From NCBI GenBank assembly GCA_002506825.1, contig DAYH01000023.1, positions 5,593-69,592 on the forward strand: 64,000 bases of DNA, read 5' to 3'. Positions 1 to 8,056 of this stretch are shown one piece after another. The stretch comes from Euryarchaeota archaeon UBA103. GTDB taxonomy: Archaea; Thermoplasmatota; Poseidoniia; Poseidoniales; Thalassarchaeaceae. A model generated the notes under the pieces. The model saw only the letters and a list, made by a program, of their open reading frames with translations, did not search any database and was not told where the DNA came from. Made by a program: the position numbers and the translations under genes. Position 1 is the first letter of the stretch, and each line of letters opens with the position of its first letter.

Positions 1-721
1 TTTCACCGATAGAGGCCGCTGTAGCGCTCTTAACATCATTTACGGTCCTCTGGAGATGTAGGGACTGTAGGAGGAACGAGGATTCGCTGGATCCTGCTGA
101 CACTGTTACGGTGTAATCGTTATTTGAATCAGAGTTTCCAGAGTACCAATCCGAGACCATGAGAGTAATTTCCCCATAGTCCCCTATCCCATCTGATCTG
201 TCCATCGAGAACGCGACTGTTTCCTCATAGACCAATGATCCATCGTACGCGATAGAAACATCGGCAGTACTTGCGGGGGACGAGCCACGGATGGTAAGGG
301 TGATTTCTGAGGAATCGTCAGAAAGCTCGCTCTCGGATATGGTGATTGATTCCGAGAAAGACATTCCAGCGATATATGGCACTCCAGCCATCAATAGGTA
401 GCATACCACTAGGACCGCAGTCTTCTGCTTCCCCAGACCGCTCCAAACCATGTAGAATGAGCCTCCGAACATGATAGCTGGAATTAATCCGAATGGAATC
501 GGATCGACGACGTCCTGGAGAGTGTAACTGTCCAAGAACCACATTAACACAAAAGCGATTAGACCAATTCCAGCACCAAGCTTTACCGACATTGAGAATT
601 CTAATTTTGAGGATGGTAAAGACTGAGGTAGAGCCTCTGCTACCACCTCATCGACCATTGACTCATCATCAGATGACATCTGCTGTCCCATCGCCTTCTC
701 CAACAGTCCGCCGCCACTCAT
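1..721 (-). CDS. hypothetical multi-pass membrane protein, partial (runs off left edge)
   Basis: Not in the ORF track because it leaves the window. My reverse-strand translation from the ATG at 721 reads MSGGGLLEKAMGQQMSSDDES. Hydrophobic helices follow (GAGIGLIAFVLMWF, FGLIPAIMFGGSFYMVW, VLVVCYLLMAGVPYIAGM), then a beta-rich acidic region. The frame stays open to position 1. Confidence 0.5.
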   Translation of the reverse strand, partial: MSGGGLLEKAMGQQMSSDDESMVDEVVAEALPQSLPSSKLEFSMSVKLGAGIGLIAFVLMWFLDSYTLQDVVDPIPFGLIPAIMFGGSFYMVWSGLGKQKTAVLVVCYLLMAGVPYIAGMSFSESITISESELSDDSSEITLTIRGSSPASTADVSIAYDGSLVYEETVAFSMDRSDGIGDYGEITLMVSDWYSGNSDSNNDYTVTVSAGSSESSFLLQSLHLQRTVNDVKSATAASIGE

Positions 722-799
722 CGCAATACCTCTGACAATTAAGGAAGGAGCTCCCGTTATCAACCCGTTGCTACATGGGGACTGAGAAAATGGAATACG

Positions 800-1756
800 T
801 CAGAATATCCTAGAGTCTGGTGGGCTCAGAGTTCCATCTTCACTAACTTCTAGAATCTCTTCATCTCTCCTTCCTCCGACGATTGCGGCCGCGGCTAGTG
901 CGGTCATCATCATCGAACCGAGCATTTCGAAACCTGGAAGGTAGACTCCACGGATGTATATCGTCATTGACTGAACCATGTAATTAGGTATGCCCTCAGT
1001 CCTCACGGAATACTCGGATGTCGCCTTGAATTGCAAATTGAAGAACTTATCAGTCCAGCCTTGGTTCTTTGGGGTTCGAATCTGAACCCTTACCTTTTCC
1101 GCAGGAGCAGATGACTCTATCTCTACCGAAACTAGAGGGAGGCTGATTTGGAATCCCTCGTCGTTTAGCTCGTCATAATTTACGATCTCGACATTGAATC
1201 TATCCATGGCATTACCATCATTGTAGACGTCGAAAGACATCATGACATCAACCTTTGGCCTTAGTTGCATGAATGCGGAATCAGATGCAACTCTCAGCCT
1301 GCTGAATTGCTTGATTACAGCCAGGACCTTGTACGTAGTTGGAGCGCCGTTTGGCCATGTGATCCCATCTGCTTGAACCACCTGAGCGGTAATAGATATC
1401 TGGTGCTGACCCTCTGGCATCCTCAGATCTGCCCTGAGTATAACTTGGAAGCTGACATCCGCTCCTGAACCTACTGACATAGATGCCGGGCCAGCGGAAA
1501 TCAGTGCACCAGACTGGATCTGTAGGTCTACTTTCTCACTGTGAACAGTTGGATTTTGAAGCGTACAGTATACGATAGAAGTCCTTGTCGCGCCTGGATA
1601 TACCTCGATAGGCTGTGGGTTATCACAGGTCAATGTAATGTCAGGAGTGGGGTTGGTCTGAGCGTGTACTGCTGCCGCCCCCGACCATGTACTCAAGAAG
1701 TACACCATGAGAATTAACATGCTAGTCCTCACAGAGCTTCGGCTTGACATCAGCAT
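800..1756 (-). CDS. secreted, membrane-anchored surface protein (CARDB/COG1470-like beta-sandwich ectodomain), hypothetical
   Basis: The track ORF starts at a TTG at 1768; I prefer the ATG at 1756. It has a signal-like N-terminus (MLILMVYFLSTWSGAAAVHA/QT) and a beta-rich ectodomain. The C-terminus reads LPGFEMLGSMMMTALAAAAIVGGRR, a hydrophobic anchor followed by an acidic tail. Confidence 0.6.
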   Translation of the reverse strand: MLMSSRSSVRTSMLILMVYFLSTWSGAAAVHAQTNPTPDITLTCDNPQPIEVYPGATRTSIVYCTLQNPTVHSEKVDLQIQSGALISAGPASMSVGSGADVSFQVILRADLRMPEGQHQISITAQVVQADGITWPNGAPTTYKVLAVIKQFSRLRVASDSAFMQLRPKVDVMMSFDVYNDGNAMDRFNVEIVNYDELNDEGFQISLPLVSVEIESSAPAEKVRVQIRTPKNQGWTDKFFNLQFKATSEYSVRTEGIPNYMVQSMTIYIRGVYLPGFEMLGSMMMTALAAAAIVGGRRDEEILEVSEDGTLSPPDSRIF

Positions 1757-1834
1757 GATGGCCGCCAAGACCGTATTTTAGACTTCGCCCCAGTCGCATA
1801 CAAAAATAGCCGAATATACAGGTTGGGTATAGAG

Positions 1835-1912
1835 TGGTGGACCCGACCGGATTTGAACCGATGACCACTCGGTTATGAGCCGAGCGCTCTAACCAACTGA
1901 GCTACGGGTCCC
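1835..1912 (-). tRNA. tRNA with CAT anticodon (elongator Met or Ile2-CAU), CCA encoded
   Basis: The reverse strand reads GGGACCCGTAGCTCAGTTGGTTAGAGCGCTCGGCTCATAACCGAGTGGTCATCGGTTCAAATCCGGTCGGGTCCACCA. It has a 7-bp acceptor stem, a GTTCAAATC T-loop and a CT-CAT-AA anticodon loop. Confidence 0.9.
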
Positions 1913-2013
1913 GTCTCCTGTGGCCGGCCATGGAGTCAAGAACCTTGCCGAAGAAAACCCTGCTAGTTTGTGAATGGGAACCATCAAGCGTCGCGCGCCC
2001 CCCCGCCCTTCAC

Positions 2014-3567
2014 ATGGCAAAGCTATGGGTGATGTTTTTCACATCGCTTCTCCTTGTTTCAGCTATGAACTTCTATGCTGTAATCAGAGAGCCGGATATG
2101 ATTGAAATTGATGAGATACGTAATTTCCCTCGTGAAACTGTAAAAATCGAGGGGATTCTGACAGGATACGTCAGAGACCCATATGGAGAGGGCGCGGATA
2201 GGATTGACCTACAAGTTCAGGAAATCGATGGGCACTCTGTTGCCAAGGTAAGATGGAACGTTGACTGGAATAACGAGGTTCCCCCGATTGGGACGGTAGT
2301 CACTGTCGAGGGAGAGGTATCGGAGTGGAATGGGAGAATCTGGATTCAGTCCAACGGCTATGGTGCAATTATAGCCCAGGATGGTTTTATTGATTTCTCT
2401 GAGACAAAGTTGGTAGAGGTAGGAAGGGACCCACAATCTTTTGCTAATACCTCTCTGCAAATTGATGGATGGATTAGTGAGGCATTGGCTCCGGATGTTA
2501 CATATCATTCGCTATACTTGATGGACAATCATGTGTATGGGGGTGCTGATCACCTACTCTACATCCAGATAGAGGGAAGGGTAATCGATTGGGTCGAAGC
2601 AGGGAGTCATGTCAGGGTAAACGGATGGCTTCAGTTTGATGAACGCTCATACAGATGGAGGCTATTGGTTCAAGCTAGTGAGGTTGAGGTCCTAAGTCAG
2701 GGAATTCCATCAAGTATCAACTGGGAGGCAGACCCATATTCATTGACTTACGATATCGGAAAGATGGTTTTCGCTACGGGCACGGTTGTTAACGAAGGGG
2801 ATGAATGGCTGCTAAGAGGCCCGTCTCCCAATGATAGCATATGCTTCCTTCCTTCAGAGGAGGATATTGGAGAGTCCAATCTCAGTGGGACGACAGGAGT
2901 CTGGGCTGGAAGACTGGCATGGGCAATAGATGAAGCTGAGGTCTGCCTAGACAGAGGTTACGATCTGATGTCAGAGAGAGAGACAGGGGAATTCGGAGAT
3001 GGGACGACCGAGCTTTCGGACGTGGCCTCTGACCCATTCTCATACGTAGGCGGCAACTACACGTTCGAAGGGTGGATTACTGATCCTATTTCTCCTGACT
3101 ACGACAAGGGTTACGTGGGGGATGGAGCTGATTATTATGAGAGGCAGACCAAAATAAGATTACTACTAGTAGGGGAGCACTCTGAGTATATCGAGGCTAA
3201 CCAAGAAATCAGATTCAACGCTACCGTACTATGGTCTGATGCAGATGGAAGAGTTGTTCTGGAAGCCCGATCATGGACATTGGGAGAAACCCCTGACCCC
3301 ATAGTTCTCAACTGGGGAGATGGTTACAACTCTTGGAGATGGGACCTAGGTAAAATGGTCCAGCTAAGTGGTGAAGCGATAACAGACGAAGACGGAATTG
3401 ATTGGATTTCCAGATCCGGATCGGATGAGAAGGTGTGTCTGCTAGGGGATGGGGCAGAATCTATTGAGCAGATTTCTATCGGGGAACCGGTGGATTGGGT
3501 TGGAAGACTTAGTATGGAAGAGTTTGGAATGGAGAGCACGGCTAGATTTTGCATAGACGTCAGATAG
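2014..3567 (+). CDS. membrane-anchored extracellular protein with repeated OB-fold-like modules, hypothetical
   Basis: The track ORF is 1930..3567. Its first 28 codons abut the tRNA, so the likely start is the ATG at 2014 (MAKLWVMFFTSLLLVSAMNFYAV, a TM anchor). It carries a recurring pattern, such as VKIEGILTGYV, VVTVEGEVSEWNGRIWIQ, YIQIEGRVIDWVEAGSHVRVNGWL and MVQLSGEAITDEDG. Confidence 0.6.
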   Translation: MAKLWVMFFTSLLLVSAMNFYAVIREPDMIEIDEIRNFPRETVKIEGILTGYVRDPYGEGADRIDLQVQEIDGHSVAKVRWNVDWNNEVPPIGTVVTVEGEVSEWNGRIWIQSNGYGAIIAQDGFIDFSETKLVEVGRDPQSFANTSLQIDGWISEALAPDVTYHSLYLMDNHVYGGADHLLYIQIEGRVIDWVEAGSHVRVNGWLQFDERSYRWRLLVQASEVEVLSQGIPSSINWEADPYSLTYDIGKMVFATGTVVNEGDEWLLRGPSPNDSICFLPSEEDIGESNLSGTTGVWAGRLAWAIDEAEVCLDRGYDLMSERETGEFGDGTTELSDVASDPFSYVGGNYTFEGWITDPISPDYDKGYVGDGADYYERQTKIRLLLVGEHSEYIEANQEIRFNATVLWSDADGRVVLEARSWTLGETPDPIVLNWGDGYNSWRWDLGKMVQLSGEAITDEDGIDWISRSGSDEKVCLLGDGAESIEQISIGEPVDWVGRLSMEEFGMESTARFCIDVR

Positions 3568-5237
3568 GTGATTACTTGGATCCGATTCTAGTCGACTTTG
3601 CATGGTTAATAGCCTCGTTCGTTTTTGGCGTGGCACTGGGTTGCTTGACAGGTCTTATCCCAGGCTTTCACGTCAATAACGTTGCATTAATTGCCCTCAG
3701 TCTCTCACCTGTGGCAGTGGGAATAGGAATTCCACTTGATGCGGTTGCAGGGATTATTGTGGCTTGTGGGACAGTCCACACTTTCTTGAATTACATTCCA
3801 AGCGCGCTGGTAGGCGCCCCTGATGACAATATGGCACTTGCACTTCTTCCAGGGCATAGGATGCTGATTTCCGGGCAGGCGGCCCAAGGAGTTGCATACT
3901 CTGCTAGAGGCTCGCAGATGGGGATGCTGATGTCAATCCCCCTCCTAATAGTAGCTAGATTACTATTCGGCGAGAACCCCGGTCTTGGGCTGTATGAATC
4001 TAGCAGGGATATTCTCCCTTGGCTATTGCTAATCATCTCCATATTCCTAATCATGACTGAAACAACAAGGTTGGCGTGGCCTGAGTGGATGCAAAGGGCG
4101 ACTAGGAATTTCAAGATCCCCCTTCCGAGACCCATAAATATCGATTTACCGGTTGGAAGGTTCAGGTATAAGAGAAACTGGAATGAAATCGATATGAGTA
4201 TGGGGCCTAGCTCCAGAGTGGCGGGGATCCTGGTCGCTACGGCATTCTTCCTGATATGCGGATTCTACGGATGGGCGGTTTTCGAACTACCAGGACGATC
4301 CCCCGTAGGGATGCCATCTGCAACCTTATTATTCCCAGGTTTGGCTGGGTTATTTGGGATAGCTAATCTCATAGATATCTACGTTACAACCTCAGAAATC
4401 CCCCCTCAGAAGCAGAACTGGGAAATGCCTCCGATGAGGCCCTTAGCAGTGCCGACTTTTCTATCGGCAGTGGTTTCCTCAGTAATGGCCATTCTCCCAG
4501 GAATGACTGCGGCTCAGGCCACTGTAGTGGTCATGAGCGCCAGAAATTTGTGGGGCAGGTTGACTGACCCGAACTATATCCCTGCAGACTTCGAGCATGG
4601 GATACAGCCTGGATTCGTTCCTAAGCAATCTTTCACCAGTATCTCGGGCGATTTGGATGGCCTTACTCAAGAGGAGAGGGAGCTCTTCGAATCAGCACTT
4701 GGGGAAGCCGCTGAGGCTAGTCCGGACCTAGACCTTAGTGCCCAGAGTCAGCAACAGGACCTCGAGGTGATTGCTGTTCTTTCTTCGGTGAACACAGCTG
4801 TGACTGTAATGGTACTAGGATTCCTGTACATGGTTGGAAGGCCGAGGAGCGGTGCTGCTTTGGCACTCAACATGATGTATCCTATTGATGGGTGGAATGC
4901 GGTTGATCCACCAGCAGATTTCGTTAGGTTGCTTGGAATTACAATAGCGGCTGGGCTATTTGCGGTCCCTGTGATGATAGAAGTCGGAAAGGGTATGCTA
5001 AAAATGCATGAGATTGTACCTCTGAGAACTCTTGTTTTCTCTGTTGCTGGTTTCGTAAGCATACTCGTCTGGCTTTCCACTGGATGGGTCGGAGTGGGCG
5101 TACTCATAGTAGGGACTGGCCTCGGACTGATGCCCCCTAGAATAGGAATAAGGAGAAGTCATGCCATGGGAATTATACTAGTTCCCATCATGCTCTACAC
5201 ATTCGCGCAGACCTTCGACAGCTTCGGATTCATATAG
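3549..5237 (+). CDS. polytopic membrane protein, TctA/DUF112-like (COG1784-type) with large hydrophilic insertions
   Basis: The 562-aa ORF contains many hydrophobic helices. The N-terminal motif GCLTGLIPGFHVNNVALIAL resembles the TctA-family G..G.lPG signature. The start is uncertain (TTG at 3549 or TTG at 3576). It overlaps the upstream gene by 19 nt. Confidence 0.45.
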   Translation: MHRRQIGDYLDPILVDFAWLIASFVFGVALGCLTGLIPGFHVNNVALIALSLSPVAVGIGIPLDAVAGIIVACGTVHTFLNYIPSALVGAPDDNMALALLPGHRMLISGQAAQGVAYSARGSQMGMLMSIPLLIVARLLFGENPGLGLYESSRDILPWLLLIISIFLIMTETTRLAWPEWMQRATRNFKIPLPRPINIDLPVGRFRYKRNWNEIDMSMGPSSRVAGILVATAFFLICGFYGWAVFELPGRSPVGMPSATLLFPGLAGLFGIANLIDIYVTTSEIPPQKQNWEMPPMRPLAVPTFLSAVVSSVMAILPGMTAAQATVVVMSARNLWGRLTDPNYIPADFEHGIQPGFVPKQSFTSISGDLDGLTQEERELFESALGEAAEASPDLDLSAQSQQQDLEVIAVLSSVNTAVTVMVLGFLYMVGRPRSGAALALNMMYPIDGWNAVDPPADFVRLLGITIAAGLFAVPVMIEVGKGMLKMHEIVPLRTLVFSVAGFVSILVWLSTGWVGVGVLIVGTGLGLMPPRIGIRRSHAMGIILVPIMLYTFAQTFDSFGFI

Positions 5238-5330
5238 GGAATTCGTTCAAAAAATCGACTTCATTAGAAAACTCGGGCACTGTAACCCTTATGTTTAGTA
5301 CATGACTCCCGAGGAAGGAGTGTGGCGAAA

Positions 5331-7994
5331 ATGACGGACAAAAGGACAATGGCAATTGGGATAGGGGTTCTGCTCTTGCTGGTTAATTTAGGACTGATAG
5401 TTACTGGTTTTGTCGATGGACAAATTGAGAGTACTGTAGAAGGTGCTGTTTCTGATGGGATGGACGGCTTGGACGAGAATAGGGAAGAAGACTATACCTA
5501 TGATTATGATGACGACTGGCTAAACGTCTCGTCTGAAAAGGCGTACTTTGCCAACTCGATCTCAAACCTTGAAGACGTACAAGCTAACGGGGCGGATCCT
5601 GCTTACGAAATGATTGGGCCTTTCATCTACTACGAGAACACTACACGTGAGATACTGGACTTCGATTACGAAGATGATACAGTAACATACACTGGTTACG
5701 AGATATACGAGTGGTGTGAGGACTGCACTTGGATGGATGATGAAGGCGTTGAGCATGCTTCCGTATCGGGAGATACCCTCACAAATCAAGTGAACATTCT
5801 TTGGAACACCCAGAGAGTAGCTGGAATGAATACCGGTATCGAGTATCTTGAGATTTTCGCCCAGGGCATGTTCGCGGCACAGATGATCGAGTTCGATCTC
5901 GCCAACAGGGCCCCTAGCATATGGGCATCCGAGGACATCAGCGCAATGATGACAGATACCGTGACTGGGGATGCGGCTCTAGCTGGCGCATATCTTGCAG
6001 CTGGAGGATCTAATGACATGGCCTCGGCTTTCCAAAATCTTGAGCAGTCAGTGATGTACGATGCAGTTGATCCATCCAATCCTGATACTTGCATCGCGCT
6101 AACCTGTGACATAGGCCCAGTCCTTGTGGCTGGAATGGGGGCTCCTGATGGCGGAGAAGTTACTCAGACAAGAGCCGCCCTATACGGATATGGCGATAGG
6201 AGCGAGCCAGAACTATCGGCAATTGACCTAGGGGTCTACGCCTTGGCCGCCAACACTTTCCTAGCCAGGGGAGGGGGCGACGAGATAAACAATGAGACCC
6301 CTCAGCTAAGAGAGAGGTTCCAAGAGGTAAGCGGAGTCAATATAATCAACCCAGATACACTAGATTTCCTTCTTTTCGATGATTTCAACGGACTACTAGG
6401 GACGTTCACACTCTCTGGCGTTACTCTTCCAGGGATGGTCGTAGGACTCCTGCTTCCACTTCAGAGCGGGGACTACTTCACCGCAATGGAGACGTACAAC
6501 GTCGGACTGCTTACGGTAGTAGACATCGCTGGCTATGCAGAGACATGGGTCGGTTTAGGCCTACTCGGATCACCGACTGAGTTCGAGAATATTCTCCTAG
6601 GAGGGCAGGGTACCCTGACCGCTGGAGAATGGTGGATGGGTGCTTTCGGAGGCCTAGACCCGCTAGCTGGAACCTATATCGAGGTGGGACTCAATATTGG
6701 AGATTATGTCGGGATGGCGGCACTAACCGCTGAGAAGGCTGACTTCATCCTTAATGATGAGAACATCGGACTGAAGACTACTTTCTCAAGAGAGTTCGTG
6801 TATGGTGAGCTAGCTGGAATGTCGCTTCCCGATGAGGATGGAGTTCAGTGGGTTTGGCATGATGCTTATGTTGCGAGTCTGTATGACATCGATGAGGACT
6901 CAGCGGGTGCCCTGAGATCGTGGGTTGGGGACTTCGTTTTCGAAGTTGTAATGCCTGTCCTCATTACCTTCCTCAGTGGTAACACCGAGTATTACTCGAT
7001 GCCGATAACGCATTGGCTGTTCGGCTTCAGTGATGCAGCAAGCGCATCCTTCGGATTCTTCCCATGGGTCAGCTTGGAGACCAATCTGACTTACTACGGT
7101 TCAGATGGAATAGGCACTGGCGACTTCTCAGCGTACAAGATGAGTACTGCTGGAGAGACCAAGGGTCAGAGGCTTGCGCAGGGGTACATCAACTCTGATG
7201 GAGATGGCCTGTGCGACTATGACTACGATTCAAGTGGCGTATTCATAGGGTACGACCTTCCCTGTGAAGAAGGTCAAGTATACGGCATGACCGAGCATCT
7301 AACTTGGAGAGCACCTCACAGAGAGGACGGTTCACTAGGTCTGCTTTCTGGCCACGCTGGGAATACAGACACATCGCTGATGGGAACCATTGGCGGCGTC
7401 TCCGCTCCACTGGCAAGTCCTAGTGACCCATTCTTAGTGAATGTCGCGGGATACGCTATTGCAACTTCTGAAGTCGGCGATGAAGTTGACTACAAAGGAA
7501 TCCCTATGGTAGAGCACAGAGTTAGCTTGGATCCAGCCAATACACAAATCCAAGGTAAAATCCTAGGGGCTGGAAATTGGGTGGATGCGCTCCCAGGGGC
7601 ATTGCCTGTTTACCTTGGTGCGGACATCGACATGAAAGTCGAGCCAATCTCTAATGCAGTTATGTACGGTAAGGTGAAAGTGACCTTCCACCTAGACATG
7701 AGAGGTACTGGTTCATTTGATCCTGTCATCGGAGTAGATACAATGCCAGTGTTCGAGATTCACACTTACAGCGAGATAGCTGATGAGGATGCTTCTGACT
7801 TCAATGCGCAAGTCACCGATAACATGGGGCCATTTGGGTGGACCAACTTCGGTGGCAGTAACGGCGGAATCCTTCTAGTGATTTCAGTCGTACAGGCTAT
7901 GTTCTACGTAATCGGAATCGGATTGATGGCATATGGCGGACTAGTCATGAAGGATGAAGACGAAGGATCCCTGATTGCGGAAGACGAGGAATAA
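5331..7994 (+). CDS. two-TM large-ectodomain protein with CD36/LIMP-2/SR-B-like motifs (candidate lipid-binding or transfer ectodomain)
   Basis: The track ORF starts at a GTG at 5322. The ATG at 5331 is better spaced from GAAGGAG (5314-5320). There are N- and C-terminal TM helices and a cytoplasmic acidic tail. Motifs read by eye are YFANSISNLEDV..P.YEMIGPFIYYE..(ILDF)..DDTVTY, THWLFGFSD, GIPMVEHRV and MPVFEIHTYSEIADEDASDFNAQV. They are colinear with CD36-family blocks. Confidence 0.5.
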   Translation: MTDKRTMAIGIGVLLLLVNLGLIVTGFVDGQIESTVEGAVSDGMDGLDENREEDYTYDYDDDWLNVSSEKAYFANSISNLEDVQANGADPAYEMIGPFIYYENTTREILDFDYEDDTVTYTGYEIYEWCEDCTWMDDEGVEHASVSGDTLTNQVNILWNTQRVAGMNTGIEYLEIFAQGMFAAQMIEFDLANRAPSIWASEDISAMMTDTVTGDAALAGAYLAAGGSNDMASAFQNLEQSVMYDAVDPSNPDTCIALTCDIGPVLVAGMGAPDGGEVTQTRAALYGYGDRSEPELSAIDLGVYALAANTFLARGGGDEINNETPQLRERFQEVSGVNIINPDTLDFLLFDDFNGLLGTFTLSGVTLPGMVVGLLLPLQSGDYFTAMETYNVGLLTVVDIAGYAETWVGLGLLGSPTEFENILLGGQGTLTAGEWWMGAFGGLDPLAGTYIEVGLNIGDYVGMAALTAEKADFILNDENIGLKTTFSREFVYGELAGMSLPDEDGVQWVWHDAYVASLYDIDEDSAGALRSWVGDFVFEVVMPVLITFLSGNTEYYSMPITHWLFGFSDAASASFGFFPWVSLETNLTYYGSDGIGTGDFSAYKMSTAGETKGQRLAQGYINSDGDGLCDYDYDSSGVFIGYDLPCEEGQVYGMTEHLTWRAPHREDGSLGLLSGHAGNTDTSLMGTIGGVSAPLASPSDPFLVNVAGYAIATSEVGDEVDYKGIPMVEHRVSLDPANTQIQGKILGAGNWVDALPGALPVYLGADIDMKVEPISNAVMYGKVKVTFHLDMRGTGSFDPVIGVDTMPVFEIHTYSEIADEDASDFNAQVTDNMGPFGWTNFGGSNGGILLVISVVQAMFYVIGIGLMAYGGLVMKDEDEGSLIAEDEE

Positions 7995-8056
7995 TTACCC
8001 ACTGTTGCTGATATTTGGCACGAAGGGTTTGAACCCCCTCGTATGAACGGAGTGCC

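Noticed and set aside
1835-1912. Assigning the CAT-anticodon tRNA specifically as initiator Met or as Ile2.
   Set aside because: It starts with a G1:C72 pair and lacks the A1:U72 I associate with archaeal initiators, so it is not an initiator. I cannot separate elongator Met from agmatidine-modified Ile2 by eye.
1930-2013. N-terminal extension of ORF 1930..3567 starting 18 nt from the tRNA.
   Set aside because: The TM or signal-like segment begins at the ATG at 2014. The extension has no recognisable features and crowds the tRNA promoter region.
7995-8056. A GGGTTTGAACCCC element resembling a tRNA T-arm in the spacer before the PLD gene.
   Set aside because: No acceptor, D or anticodon arms can be built around it. 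It is probably a chance hairpin.
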